Under the pieces are notes generated by a model that was given only the letters and a program-made list of their open reading frames with translations, did no database searches and had not been told where the DNA came from. This document shows positions 16,765 through 26,608 of a stretch of DNA of 49,846 nucleotides, in pieces. Source of the stretch: a virus (lineage: Duplodnaviria > Caudoviricetes); the IMG/VR virus record IMGVR_UViG_3300017565_000008, positions 1-49,846 of that record. One strand, given 5' to 3'. A program made the position numbers and the translations under genes. Every line of letters starts with the position of its first letter. The first letter of the stretch is position 1.

Positions 16765-18030
16765 ATGTTCGTTTACAAATCAGAAAAAGAAATCGCTGAA
16801 TTATCGGAGTACCAAAGAGAGAAGTATTTCGATCAAAAGCGTGACCACGAAGCTAAAGAAGCTAAGGATGCGGCTGAAAAGGCGGCTAAGGATGCAGTTG
16901 AGTTGGCATTGAAAGATGTTGATTCTAAGATTGCTGATGCTAAGAAAGAAGCTCAAGAAGAAGCTGAAAAAGGCTTCGAAAGCAAAATCACTGCGGTTAA
17001 AGAGGAATACGACCGTAAGTTAGAAGATGCTGAAAAGGCGATGAAACGTATTGACGATAATTTTATCGGAGAGCGTGTTAAGTCCGTTGAGAATCAGATT
17101 TTCGATTCATTAACAGATGAGCAAGTAAAAGAGTTGGTTTCTGTAAAAGGTAAAACCGTAGAGTTAGATAATGTTAACTTAACTCAAAAAGCTCCAATGT
17201 CTACTTTTGCAGGTTCAGTGGCTACGGGTACGCCCGCTTTGGTTGGTCCAGGTCATTACAAGTTCTATGCTCGTGACTTAATGAATGTAAGAAGCACTAC
17301 TTCAAACGCAATTCCTTACATTCAGTTCACTAAAGACGACGCTTTAGCTGGAATCGGAACTACTGCCGAAGGTGCGCAAAAACCTAACTTTGGTTATGTT
17401 GGCGAGGCTAAGGTTGCCAATGTGTACAAAATTGCTGGTCTTTTGGATGTAACAGACGAAATGCTAGACGACGTTGTAGGATTCCGTTCTTGGATTGCAA
17501 GAGAGGCTGTATTAGCTTTGCGTGATGTTGAGGACTTTAAACTATACAAAGGATCTGGCGTATCTGATATTGAAGGTCTTTGGACTTCATCTTCTGCAGC
17601 CCCTGTAATTGCAGGTATTGGTGGAAGTGAGTTGGAAGAAGTTTGTTCCGCTATTACTTCGGTTCGTAAAAACAACCGTGAAGCGACTGCTATTGTTGTT
17701 TCTCCAGCTAAATGGATGCAGATTTATCTTAACAAGGATAACGAAAACGCATACACTTATCCGGTTATTTTCGACACAACTCGTAACGTGTTAACTTTAG
17801 CTGGTGTACCAGTTGTTTACTCAAACGTATTTGGTGACGAAGAGGGATTAATCGGTGACTTCCAAAGAGGTGCTGAAATTTGGCAACGTAAAGGTATTAG
17901 CCTTGCATACGGTGACCAACACGTCGATAACTTTGGTAAAAACATTGTAACTATTCGTGTTGAGGAGCGTTTAGCATTGACTAAATACTACGAAGATGCT
18001 TTCTACAAATTGTTTGAGGCTACTACTTAA
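16765..18030 (+). CDS. Major capsid protein (HK97 fold with N-terminal delta domain)
   Basis: Coiled-coil N-terminus; AEGAQKP, EMLDD, LAGVPVV, GDF and N.VTIRVEER motifs. Confidence 0.95.
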   Translation: MFVYKSEKEIAELSEYQREKYFDQKRDHEAKEAKDAAEKAAKDAVELALKDVDSKIADAKKEAQEEAEKGFESKITAVKEEYDRKLEDAEKAMKRIDDNFIGERVKSVENQIFDSLTDEQVKELVSVKGKTVELDNVNLTQKAPMSTFAGSVATGTPALVGPGHYKFYARDLMNVRSTTSNAIPYIQFTKDDALAGIGTTAEGAQKPNFGYVGEAKVANVYKIAGLLDVTDEMLDDVVGFRSWIAREAVLALRDVEDFKLYKGSGVSDIEGLWTSSSAAPVIAGIGGSELEEVCSAITSVRKNNREATAIVVSPAKWMQIYLNKDNENAYTYPVIFDTTRNVLTLAGVPVVYSNVFGDEEGLIGDFQRGAEIWQRKGISLAYGDQHVDNFGKNIVTIRVEERLALTKYYEDAFYKLFEATT

Positions 18031-18056
18031 TAATTCTTTTTCATAATTTTCTATTT

Positions 18057-18090
18057 GCCCCTAGACTTACTCAAAAGCTAGGGGTTTTTT
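18057..18090 (+). terminator. Intrinsic terminator after the capsid gene
   Basis: CCCCTAG/CTAGGGG stem plus T-run. Confidence 0.75.
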
Positions 18091-18267
18091 GTTACCAAAG
18101 TGGGGTTGTTAGATTGTCTATATAGTAACCAATCATAATCATCAAAGACCATGCTGTTAATATAACTATAGACGCTCCCCAGGGATTATCGTTTTTAATT
18201 GCCTTTATTGAGTATATCAATCCTATAAAAGTCAGTACTACCCAAATAATTTCTAGTATATTCATTT

Positions 18268-18519
18268 CTATTTTACTTTAGTGATTGTTAGTTTACCGAT
18301 TGGTTTTGTTTCATTAAGGCCAAGACACAATGTTCTTTGACCCATGTAAGTATTACTATAACTATCTAAATGACCATTAAGTAACTGATGATAATCATCA
18401 AATGAAACAGTATGACCACCAGTCTTAAATACACCACTACTGAAACTGTTCTGTAACACCTCCACAACCTCAAAGCTATCCCCTACTTTTAATTTTCTTT
18501 CCATGTTAGTAATCTCCAT
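18268..18519 (-). CDS. Hypothetical protein
   Basis: Part of a leftward cassette of small ORFs. Confidence 0.6.
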   Translation of the reverse strand: MEITNMERKLKVGDSFEVVEVLQNSFSSGVFKTGGHTVSFDDYHQLLNGHLDSYSNTYMGQRTLCLGLNETKPIGKLTITKVK

Positions 18520-18694
18520 TATAAACGTGAATAATATCTGTTGTTACTTCCTCAATATCTAACGGTTCATCTTTTAAACCGTTTTCGTCTAGTTCTTTTC
18601 TAATCATAACTTTGGCAGTTTCTAAATCTTTTGCCTTAACTATAATAGTAGAACCAAGCCATATTCCTTTTCCTTCGTGTTTGTATATTTTCAT
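18506..18694 (-). CDS. Hypothetical protein
   Basis: 62 aa ORF in the leftward cassette. Confidence 0.6.
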   Translation of the reverse strand: MKIYKHEGKGIWLGSTIIVKAKDLETAKVMIRKELDENGLKDEPLDIEEVTTDIIHVYNGDY

Positions 18695-18696
18695 AT

Positions 18697-18882
18697 CTAC
18701 TTATTTAAAAGATAATTATTCCATTCTCTATCCAATGTAACGTAATCGTTTGTACAATAAATATTCAATCCTACTTTTCTTTCAATCATGCATCCCGATT
18801 GCGTTTCGTGTATAGCAACGATGTTACCTAGATGGATGCTAACCTTGCGTCCTGATTCTAGTGTTAGTTCTGTTGTTTTCAT
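18697..18882 (-). CDS. Hypothetical protein
   Basis: Start moved to MKTTELTLESG. Confidence 0.6.
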   Translation of the reverse strand: MKTTELTLESGRKVSIHLGNIVAIHETQSGCMIERKVGLNIYCTNDYVTLDREWNNYLLNK

Positions 18883-18884
18883 TA

Positions 18885-19031
18885 TTATTCTACTACCTCG
18901 CATTCGGTTTTAAGCACAAGGCAATCATTAATCCAATAATCACCATCTTCGTCTTTTTCAGCTTTATAAACGTTACCTATTTCAAAATCATCCTCAAACA
19001 TCCAAACTTCTTTAATAATCTTTATTTTCAT
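18885..19031 (-). CDS. Hypothetical protein (48 aa, not in ORF track)
   Basis: MKIKIIKEVWMFEDD...ECEVVE*; upstream promoter TTTG-N20-TAGCTTTG. Confidence 0.55.
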   Translation of the reverse strand: MKIKIIKEVWMFEDDFEIGNVYKAEKDEDGDYWINDCLVLKTECEVVE

Positions 19032-19107
19032 AACATTAATTTTTTAAATCTCAACTACATTGATAAGACAATTCAAAGCTAAGCAATAGAAATCACAATT
19101 GCAAATT

Positions 19108-19371
19108 TTATCGTTTTGTTTTTTCAATGAATTTGGTTATTACAGCTTTTCTACAATATTGTGATTCGTATATATGTCCAGTGTCTTCGTGAAACATAAC
19201 TGTATCACCAACAACATGTGGTATATCTATATATACTTTGTTGTATGTTTGCTTTAATATTTCAACTCTTTTTCCATCTAGTGCAACCGCTTCGTACTTA
19301 TATTCGGTTATTTCATCTACAATACAGCTACTTAATTGTAGACATGACAATATTAATAGTATCTTTCTCAT
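19108..19371 (-). CDS. Putative lipoprotein
   Basis: MRKILLILSCLQLSSC signal and lipobox; own promoter. Confidence 0.6.
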   Translation of the reverse strand: MRKILLILSCLQLSSCIVDEITEYKYEAVALDGKRVEILKQTYNKVYIDIPHVVGDTVMFHEDTGHIYESQYCRKAVITKFIEKTKR

Positions 19372-19429
19372 ACCTATAAGTTACAAACCCAAAACGACAA
19401 TTGCAAATAAAATCGTATATTTGTATATT

Positions 19430-19855
19430 ATGGCAGTATCGTTAACATTATTCAAGAAAATAGCTCGTATAGATTGGAGTCAGGATGACGAGGAATTGCA
19501 ACTATATTTAGATGGTGCGGTAGAGTTTATGGAGCAGAAAACAAATGTTTCTATGAAGCCTAAAACTATAAGTTATGTTAGCGATGGTTGTGCTAGAGAA
19601 ATATATGACTTTCCGATAATAAGCATTACAGGATCCGATAATATATACAACGGCGTGTTAAGTACCGTTATCTATTCTAAGTCAGGCGATAATGTAACTA
19701 TAAATTTAGGTGATGCTAATAATAAACTGCTAGAGGCTGTTACCTATTCTGTTGCATTAACTATGTATGAGCAAAAAGAAATTGATGGTGTTGTGTTGCC
19801 TACTGATGTGGAAATAAAGGTCAATCGTTTTATTCGTGATAGTTTTATCTCCTAA
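19430..19855 (+). CDS. Head-tail adaptor (HK97 gp6/SPP1 gp15-like)
   Basis: K..ARID...DDEEL..YL.GA..F.E..T; start moved to MAVSL after TATATTTG. Confidence 0.85.
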   Translation: MAVSLTLFKKIARIDWSQDDEELQLYLDGAVEFMEQKTNVSMKPKTISYVSDGCAREIYDFPIISITGSDNIYNGVLSTVIYSKSGDNVTINLGDANNKLLEAVTYSVALTMYEQKEIDGVVLPTDVEIKVNRFIRDSFIS

Positions 19856-19867
19856 ACCCGTTACGAT

Positions 19868-20221
19868 ATGGCAAAGACAAAATTAAAGTTTGACGCGGCA
19901 CAATTAAAAGACTTCTGTTCGATATACGAAGAGCAACCTATGCCAGACGGATTCGGAGGAACATCAGGAATGGGGTGGGTATTGGTTGCAAGTCCTAGGT
20001 GCAAGATGAACATCAAGACTAAGACAAGCCAAATACAGGAACAAGGTGGATCTTGGGGTTTTTACCAGGTTTATGAGTTCGTCATACGAAACAACCAAAA
20101 TTACAATATACAGAAAGACATGGAATTGAGAAGCGGCGGTGTTACATACGTTATCCGTGGTGTAGCACCGAGTGAAACGAATCCGTCGTATTTAATAATA
20201 TATACAGAAACAAAACAATAA
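19868..20221 (+). CDS. Head closure protein (SPP1 gp16/HK97 gp7-like)
   Basis: PDGFGG...W, F.IR and Y.I..V pattern; position after the adaptor. Confidence 0.8.
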   Translation: MAKTKLKFDAAQLKDFCSIYEEQPMPDGFGGTSGMGWVLVASPRCKMNIKTKTSQIQEQGGSWGFYQVYEFVIRNNQNYNIQKDMELRSGGVTYVIRGVAPSETNPSYLIIYTETKQ

Positions 20222-20223
20222 TA

Positions 20224-22617
20224 ATGGCAAAACGTATTATAGATGCTAGAGTTAGGCAAAAGGCTGCTCCGCTTGAAGAATGGAATAACAGTAATTTAGA
20301 TTCATTGGACGGTGAACAGTTGTTTGTTAGGTCTGATGTTGATGATGCCGTTATTGGGTTTAAATTAGGTGCTAAAAACAAAAAGTTTAGTGAGCTTCCT
20401 TATCCAGACTTTACTGTTAGAGGTAAGGTGTCTACAACTTCTACATGGACTGGTAGGCAAAGCGGTATATATATACCAACAACAAACGGCAATTACAATG
20501 GCGTACAGGTAAATCTAACAGAAGGTTACCAAGTTCTTTATTGGGATGGTTCTACTGTTGAGAAAGTTGTATATCCTAATGATTATGTAGGGGCTGTTTT
20601 TGGAGGTGTTATTGATGATACTTATGATTTATCTAATCCAACAGAGCCAATATGGTACATAGCTTCACCAGGGACATATAATACTGTTCCGTCTATAACA
20701 TTGACAGAGAACTCTATTTTAACTTGGAATGGGCAGTCATGGTCGCATATACCTTTTGAGTTAGAGGTAAGGGGTGAGTTTTTGGTTGCTGACAACATTC
20801 AAGAAGTTAGAAATATTACTCCAGACGTAGCTTCTCTATTGGTTAACGGTACATATAAAGGCGTTACTGTTTTGGGCTATGATGAACCGAATGATACTCC
20901 ATCACCAATAAACTATTATGTTAGCGATACATTGTTGTCAGATAATGGTGGTAGCGTCTTAGAGGGTGGAGGAATAAAATTAGAGCATAATTTTAACGGA
21001 TCAATAGATGTTTCTTATTTTGGAGCTAAAGGGGATTTTACCGGCAATATTTCTAATCCTTATACTGACAACCATACCTTTATACAAAACGCTATAAACA
21101 GTATTATTAAAGGGGAGATATTATTTGGAAAGGGTGCTTATGCCTTCTCCAAAACATTGGAAATACCTACAGTAGACTCGGGAACAAATAGTGCTGAAAT
21201 TATATTTAAGTCTAAAGGAAAATTAAGCTCTGGAGGCACACTATTTCAAGCAAGCAGCGGAATAGTGCAATTGAATTTTGTGGGTCAAACAGATGTTCGT
21301 GCCATTAACTCATCGAGTTTACAAACCTGGATAGACATTCAAAACATAGGTCTTGTAAATAATAGTGGGAGAAATGATGTTGATGGTCTTGTGATGAATG
21401 ATTATCGTTCAAACAGAATGACAAACTTTTCTGCAATTCTTTTCAGGGACAACATATCTATTGATGGAGATACTTATTATACAATATTTGATAAATGTTC
21501 ATTCACTCATGCTAAGAGAAATAATGTCTATTTAAATAGATTAGCTAACATGACCTCTTTTATTGGGTGTAGAATATCATTATCAGAATCAGTTGGATTA
21601 AGGGCACCTCAAATTGGGGATGGAATCAATATTGTTAATTCGTTTATTGAGGGAAATAAAGGTGCTGGAATATATGTCAATAATTGTAGATTATTGAATG
21701 TAAGTGGTTGTTATATTGAGAATAACGCGGCTGTTGGAGAGGTTTTATCAGGGGTTAGATCTCAGGTCATAATAGGTGCTTATACTAATAATATCAACAC
21801 ACCTACTAAAGCAACTTTTAATAACAACTATGTTATGACCGTTGGTGATGGATGTGATTTTATATATGCTCTACATACAAATTCAGCAACTATTGGAAAT
21901 ATCAATGTATCAATAATTGAAAATACCATCCCTGCAACATTAATAACAAAAGATATATCTGCTACGGATAGAACTCACTTAGTTAGGTGTAATTATCCTG
22001 CTTACTTAGAGTTTTATGTGGATAATAACAAATACTCATATACATCTAAAACAAAGATGTATTATCCTGTTAACTCAAGACCATCTATATTGGCTAGTTT
22101 TTACAGCAATAACGATGATAGTGTTACTTTCCTAAGACCAGAATGGAACAGGGCTATATTTTCTAAAAACACTACAGAACGAGGTTTAGTTACAAATAAA
22201 ATATCTTATGTCTCTCCACAAGTTTTGGGTGATGGCAGTAATAAGGATACATCTTTCGATGTAGATGTAGATGCTCCTGATTTATCCACAGCTAATATGA
22301 ATCTACGAGAGTTTAGGTTTACAAATACAACAGGAAATCTAATTAAACAGAGTTACAACGGAAACACGACAACTCCACAGCTCATGTTTGAACAAGATTG
22401 TAAATCAGGTCTGTTTTATTCAAGGGGAGGCTTAAAAATAGGTGATTCAAGTTTGAATGTAAGAATACTAACCGGACTAGCTACGCCAAATGGTAATTAT
22501 TTTGCTTCAAGAGGATCAATATATTTATATCAAGGCACAACTACAACTGGTATATATTTCAAAACTACAGACAATGCCTCAAACACAGGGTGGGTACTAA
22601 TTCCGACGGCTCCATAA
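20224..22617 (+). CDS. Virion spike/appendage with right-handed beta-helix (pectate-lyase-like depolymerase)
   Basis: DVSYFGAKGD...DN...IQNAIN beta-helix cap; IEGN/YIEN repeats; N-terminal EW..SN..L.GE...KLG...F.ELPY anchor motif. Confidence 0.8.
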   Translation: MAKRIIDARVRQKAAPLEEWNNSNLDSLDGEQLFVRSDVDDAVIGFKLGAKNKKFSELPYPDFTVRGKVSTTSTWTGRQSGIYIPTTNGNYNGVQVNLTEGYQVLYWDGSTVEKVVYPNDYVGAVFGGVIDDTYDLSNPTEPIWYIASPGTYNTVPSITLTENSILTWNGQSWSHIPFELEVRGEFLVADNIQEVRNITPDVASLLVNGTYKGVTVLGYDEPNDTPSPINYYVSDTLLSDNGGSVLEGGGIKLEHNFNGSIDVSYFGAKGDFTGNISNPYTDNHTFIQNAINSIIKGEILFGKGAYAFSKTLEIPTVDSGTNSAEIIFKSKGKLSSGGTLFQASSGIVQLNFVGQTDVRAINSSSLQTWIDIQNIGLVNNSGRNDVDGLVMNDYRSNRMTNFSAILFRDNISIDGDTYYTIFDKCSFTHAKRNNVYLNRLANMTSFIGCRISLSESVGLRAPQIGDGINIVNSFIEGNKGAGIYVNNCRLLNVSGCYIENNAAVGEVLSGVRSQVIIGAYTNNINTPTKATFNNNYVMTVGDGCDFIYALHTNSATIGNINVSIIENTIPATLITKDISATDRTHLVRCNYPAYLEFYVDNNKYSYTSKTKMYYPVNSRPSILASFYSNNDDSVTFLRPEWNRAIFSKNTTERGLVTNKISYVSPQVLGDGSNKDTSFDVDVDAPDLSTANMNLREFRFTNTTGNLIKQSYNGNTTTPQLMFEQDCKSGLFYSRGGLKIGDSSLNVRILTGLATPNGNYFASRGSIYLYQGTTTTGIYFKTTDNASNTGWVLIPTAP

Positions 22618-22627
22618 AAACAATAAA

Positions 22628-23032
22628 ATGAAAATAACAGGCTTACAATCGTGCTTGAACGCATTAAAGTTTGACGACAGCAAGATAGGCAATATCATAG
22701 AAACGGCAGGGAGTAAAATCCTTGCCGATACTAAATCTGGTATTGGTCAAGTTGATAGTACTGTTGCATCGAGTTACAATATGTTCGTTACCAAAAACGA
22801 GAACGGTTGGACTGTTAATGTTGGTAGTGACATCGACTTGTCGGCTTATTATGAATTTGGCACGGGGAATTTCGTCGTAGTACCACCAGAAACTACAGAC
22901 GCATATACTATGCAATGGTTCAAAACTGGTAAGGGTACATTACGACCTCATGCCTCGCTTATTCCTGCTTTTCGTATTGCTAAGCCTAAATTGATTCAAG
23001 AGCTGACAAATGAGTTAAACCGTCAATTCTAA
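22628..23032 (+). CDS. HK97 gp10-like tail completion protein
   Basis: MKITGL...Y.EFGTG...PH..L.PAF. Confidence 0.8.
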   Translation: MKITGLQSCLNALKFDDSKIGNIIETAGSKILADTKSGIGQVDSTVASSYNMFVTKNENGWTVNVGSDIDLSAYYEFGTGNFVVVPPETTDAYTMQWFKTGKGTLRPHASLIPAFRIAKPKLIQELTNELNRQF

Positions 23033-23050
23033 AATTCGTATATTTGTAAT

Positions 23051-23473
23051 ATGATTATAAATCCCAATAAATATATTAGACAGTCAATAATCCAAGCGGT
23101 CAGTCCGATTTCTTGTTGGGATAATATGGTTCCTAAAAATGTTACCTCACCTCCGCAAAGTTATTGTCTTATAACAAGTATGGGTAAACAGGAATTTGCG
23201 AGGGCAAAGAATTGCTACGAATGGTTAGTGTCATTTAATTTAGAGGTCATACACATCGGTAGTTTAGGATATTCTTATTCCGCTGTTTTGGATGATATGA
23301 TAGCTAATATTATACCGAAGATGAAAAGCCTTACAAATAACACTATTCGCATTAAAAACGTAAACTTAGAGTTTGAGAATGATTTGAGTTTTAATAGCAC
23401 AACCAATACCATAAATAGGAAGATTCTTAGTTATGAGGTATGGGCTGACCACCAAGAGGAGGTAACAACGTAA
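23051..23473 (+). CDS. Tail terminator-like protein
   Basis: Size and position; NPNKYIR...D..VP...P..Y.LI. Confidence 0.65.
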   Translation: MIINPNKYIRQSIIQAVSPISCWDNMVPKNVTSPPQSYCLITSMGKQEFARAKNCYEWLVSFNLEVIHIGSLGYSYSAVLDDMIANIIPKMKSLTNNTIRIKNVNLEFENDLSFNSTTNTINRKILSYEVWADHQEEVTT

Positions 23474-23949
23474 TGGCATTAAGGGGCAACATATATGGTG
23501 TTAAAATAAACGATGATTTTTTGCCGTGTGAGATTGACTGCGAAATTACTATAACTACGGACATGATTGAGAAATCGGGAAGTCATGGTGGTAGATTTAA
23601 ACACTTTAGACCGGGCTACATTAATTGGGCGATTTCGGCTAATGCAAGAACGGTGATAGGGTTATTGAATTCAAGCTCAAATTCATTGTTGGAATATCAA
23701 ATTAACGGAATTGAAATAGAAGTATATATTTCGGCTAGACAAAGCAATATTCAAGAATTTGACATTGGTGGCATTGTTTTAATATCAAGTCAGCAGTTAA
23801 GTTTTGGTAATAGCGGATTCTCTAATCATTCTATAACAATGCAAGGAACTGGTTTGCTAGGGTTGACTTATGATGATATACAGGCAATAATAAACGCACA
23901 GCCTTATTATGATGAAAAAAATATTATTGTAGATACGACTAAATGGTAA
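23473..23949 (+). CDS. Tail tube-like protein (paralogue 1)
   Basis: C.I.ITTDMIE.S...F..G.I.WAISA...I.MQGTG.L (TP901-1/lambda-like tube fold). Confidence 0.7.
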   Translation: MALRGNIYGVKINDDFLPCEIDCEITITTDMIEKSGSHGGRFKHFRPGYINWAISANARTVIGLLNSSSNSLLEYQINGIEIEVYISARQSNIQEFDIGGIVLISSQQLSFGNSGFSNHSITMQGTGLLGLTYDDIQAIINAQPYYDEKNIIVDTTKW

Positions 23950-24233
23950 TAATCAAAACACAAACGGGATGGTGCGCAAGCAACGAGGCTAGTATTCATA
24001 ACAAGAAATACCCTAATATAGTTGATGGAAAAACGCAAGGATTCTTTAGTCAAAAGGAATGTCATGTAGTTAGTCCTTATATTGTTTCTGGTTCGCTCGA
24101 GGGCAAAGTTAAGATTGCTATTAAAGATGATGTTAGCGGGGTGGTTTCATGTTTCGACGGAGAATGTATAACACCAACAAGAATTCGCATAACAAACGAT
24201 TGCGACAATACTTGGCTAAAAACCATAAAATAA
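23943..24233 (+). CDS. Hypothetical protein in the tail region
   Basis: 96 aa ORF. Confidence 0.55.
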   Translation: MVIIKTQTGWCASNEASIHNKKYPNIVDGKTQGFFSQKECHVVSPYIVSGSLEGKVKIAIKDDVSGVVSCFDGECITPTRIRITNDCDNTWLKTIK

Positions 24234-24274
24234 ATAATTCGTATATTTGTATAAACTAAAATAAGAGAAATAAA

Positions 24275-24727
24275 ATGGCAAACGCAATTCCTGGGAAAGC
24301 ATTCGGGCTAAGGTTCGAAAATGTATATTTTGAGTGCCAAACCGATCTGTCCTTTGATGTTACGGTTGACACAGAAACTGCTGATAATTGTAAACCAAAT
24401 CCTACCGAAGAATGGGCTGATGCTCAATTTGCAACACCTACAACCTCGGGTATTTCGTGGACTGCAAGTGTTACGGCTAAGGTGACTGACGCTTACGCTA
24501 ACAATCAATACACAGCTTTAGAAACTATTAAGGTTGGAACACGTGGTGATTTAGAGATTTTTACAAACATTACAAGCACCAACAGCCCTGTTGTTAATGA
24601 GTTTATTGTAAGCGGTGAAGCAATTTTAACAGGGTTTACACTATCTGCTGCCGAAGCCGGCGAGGCTACTTATGAGCTTTCGTTCACAGGATATGGAAAT
24701 TATGCTGTTACGCCTGTAACTACATAG
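24275..24727 (+). CDS. Major tail tube protein
   Basis: CQTDLSFD..CK...SWTASVT...GEA.LT.F.L.A...ATYELSFTG.G; own promoter at 24242..24249 with an A-rich leader. Confidence 0.85.
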   Translation: MANAIPGKAFGLRFENVYFECQTDLSFDVTVDTETADNCKPNPTEEWADAQFATPTTSGISWTASVTAKVTDAYANNQYTALETIKVGTRGDLEIFTNITSTNSPVVNEFIVSGEAILTGFTLSAAEAGEATYELSFTGYGNYAVTPVTT

Positions 24728-24900
24728 TGAAACAATACGAAATAGTAAAAATACGCAAAACTACTAAGGGATGGTTAGTACATATAAATATCATCCCTGA
24801 GTACTGCGGTTGCACGTTTAATAGGCGTGTTATTGAATTTATACAAGAAAAAGAACCAACAGTAGAACAAATAGAAAATGAAATTAAAAATAGAAGATAA
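24727..24900 (+). CDS. Hypothetical protein (GTG start, 57 aa, not in ORF track)
   Basis: VKQYEIVKIRKTTKGWLVH...IKNRR*. Confidence 0.4.
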   Translation: MKQYEIVKIRKTTKGWLVHINIIPEYCGCTFNRRVIEFIQEKEPTVEQIENEIKNRR

Positions 24901-25381
24901 AGAATACGGTTTTGTATGGGGAACTGCCACATACGAGAAAACCATAATGTTGTTGCAAAAGTTCTATGCCGAGAACGAGTTAAATTTAGATGTTAATTTA
25001 GATTTTATTCTAGCATCTTTAGGTCGCACAGAGGTTTTTAATAGGCTTGTTTTTTGCGGGCTTAACACATGGTGCGATAAAAACGACGTTGAGCGACCTT
25101 TTTCTAATGTTTATGATTTCCTATTAGAATTTGATGGTATTGTAGATAATCTATTCCTGGAGGCTGTATTTTCCGATATTTTGGATAGCACTACAATGGG
25201 AGAGCCTGTATTAGAATATATAGAAAGGGTGCATGGTCAAGTTCTTAGTAAGGAAACTGTGAAGAAAGGGCGTGATACTAAAAAAAAATACCTCTCGAAC
25301 TTGGAAAAATCATCATCGAACTCAGCTCCTACGGCATCAACCCAGAAAAAATCAAATATACGACAATTAAAGAGTACCTAA
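24878..25381 (+). CDS. Tail assembly chaperone (G)
   Basis: Between tail tube and tape measure; A9 slippery run at 25280..25288. Confidence 0.8.
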   Translation: MKLKIEDKEYGFVWGTATYEKTIMLLQKFYAENELNLDVNLDFILASLGRTEVFNRLVFCGLNTWCDKNDVERPFSNVYDFLLEFDGIVDNLFLEAVFSDILDSTTMGEPVLEYIERVHGQVLSKETVKKGRDTKKKYLSNLEKSSSNSAPTASTQKKSNIRQLKST

Positions 25382-25596
25382 TAATAAAGCAGGGTAACGA
25401 GTTAAAAGAAGAAAGGGAATGGAGTAGAACACGCGCACTAATGACTAGCGTCATAAATAGCGTAGCTAAAGAACCAATTTCACCTCAAAAAGTTGTTACA
25501 TTGCCGTTCTTAGATTTGAGTGATGATATAGTAACATTACCTATTAGTTCAGAAAAAGAGGCTAGAGAAATATTAGTAGATATAAGAGGTTTTTAA
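25280..25596 (+). CDS. Tail assembly chaperone G-T extension (-1 frameshift)
   Basis: -1 frame is open: IPLELGK...GINPEK...EWSRTR...KEPISPQKVVTLPFLD...IRGF*. Confidence 0.8.
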
Positions 25597-26552
25597 TCTC
25601 TTATATCTATTTTATAGAAGCATTCTTGCATACCATTGAATGATAGCCGAGGTATATATTTAAGTTCTTTGTTATTTCGTTTTAACTCCCATTCTTTATT
25701 ATAGCAATCCCTTGCATTATCAAAAACTATTTCTTTGACTACTTCATAGTTGTATGGCATATTATATTTGCCTAAGAATCTTTTTTTAATAGAATTGAAA
25801 GTCCTTCCTATTTTATAGAAATTTTCATTATCATTCCAACACTTAATAACATACACCTTAAATGAATCGAATCTATTACTTTCACGTGCTTTGCGCTCCC
25901 AATTAGTAACTGACCAACCTGTTGGGTTTTCTTTTAATGCTTTATTAGTCCTATTTCTTCCACAATCAGGACATCCATTGTTATTTAAATGGTTTATAGG
26001 TGATTGTTTAAACTCTCCGTGTTCTTTACAGATTATTTTTACCTTAGTTTTAGAATCTTTGTATTCAACTAATGAATAGTCATATCTATCACCGTGAACT
26101 TGTTTGCACTCTTGTAAAAACAAATCAACACATTTTGTTTTTGATAAAGAAAGTTTTATTCGCGAACATTTAACGCATTCTTGACCAATTAAATGTTTTC
26201 TTGGACTAATATAGAATTTATTATGAATTTTACAAATTATAGCAACCTTTGTGTGCGCATTTGTGTATTTTGTAATACTATAATCATATGTATTTCCGTG
26301 AATTAATTTAGCATCTTTTATGAATTGTTCGGTTGTTTTTCTAGACATATTAGACGAAGATTCAAAACCGCAAAAACTACATCCTTTACCCTTGAAATGA
26401 TTACATGGTGTCATGTCGAAAAAACCGTGTTCTTTGCATTTAATCTTTACTTTTTCTTTAGTACCATTATACTCAACCAAACTATAATCGTACCTTTTAC
26501 CATGTTTATCTTCGAACCGTTTTATTACATCTTCTTGTGTCAACTTTCTCAT
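25593..26552 (-). CDS. HEG4: Zn-ribbon-repeat plus GIY-YIG-like homing endonuclease
   Basis: Same family as HEG1-3; start MRKLTQEDV 4 nt after a TATATTAG box. Confidence 0.8.
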   Translation of the reverse strand: MRKLTQEDVIKRFEDKHGKRYDYSLVEYNGTKEKVKIKCKEHGFFDMTPCNHFKGKGCSFCGFESSSNMSRKTTEQFIKDAKLIHGNTYDYSITKYTNAHTKVAIICKIHNKFYISPRKHLIGQECVKCSRIKLSLSKTKCVDLFLQECKQVHGDRYDYSLVEYKDSKTKVKIICKEHGEFKQSPINHLNNNGCPDCGRNRTNKALKENPTGWSVTNWERKARESNRFDSFKVYVIKCWNDNENFYKIGRTFNSIKKRFLGKYNMPYNYEVVKEIVFDNARDCYNKEWELKRNNKELKYIPRLSFNGMQECFYKIDIRD

Positions 26553-26608
26553 ACCGCTAATATAATACATTAAATCCGTATATGCAAATTTTTTCGTATT
26601 TTTGTTGT

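Noticed and set aside
19238-19429. Long N-terminal extensions given in the ORF track (19238, 2222, 3896, 11863, 26582, 30045, 38863)
   Set aside because: The extensions cross promoter boxes, leaders or opposite-strand genes; downstream ATGs fit better.
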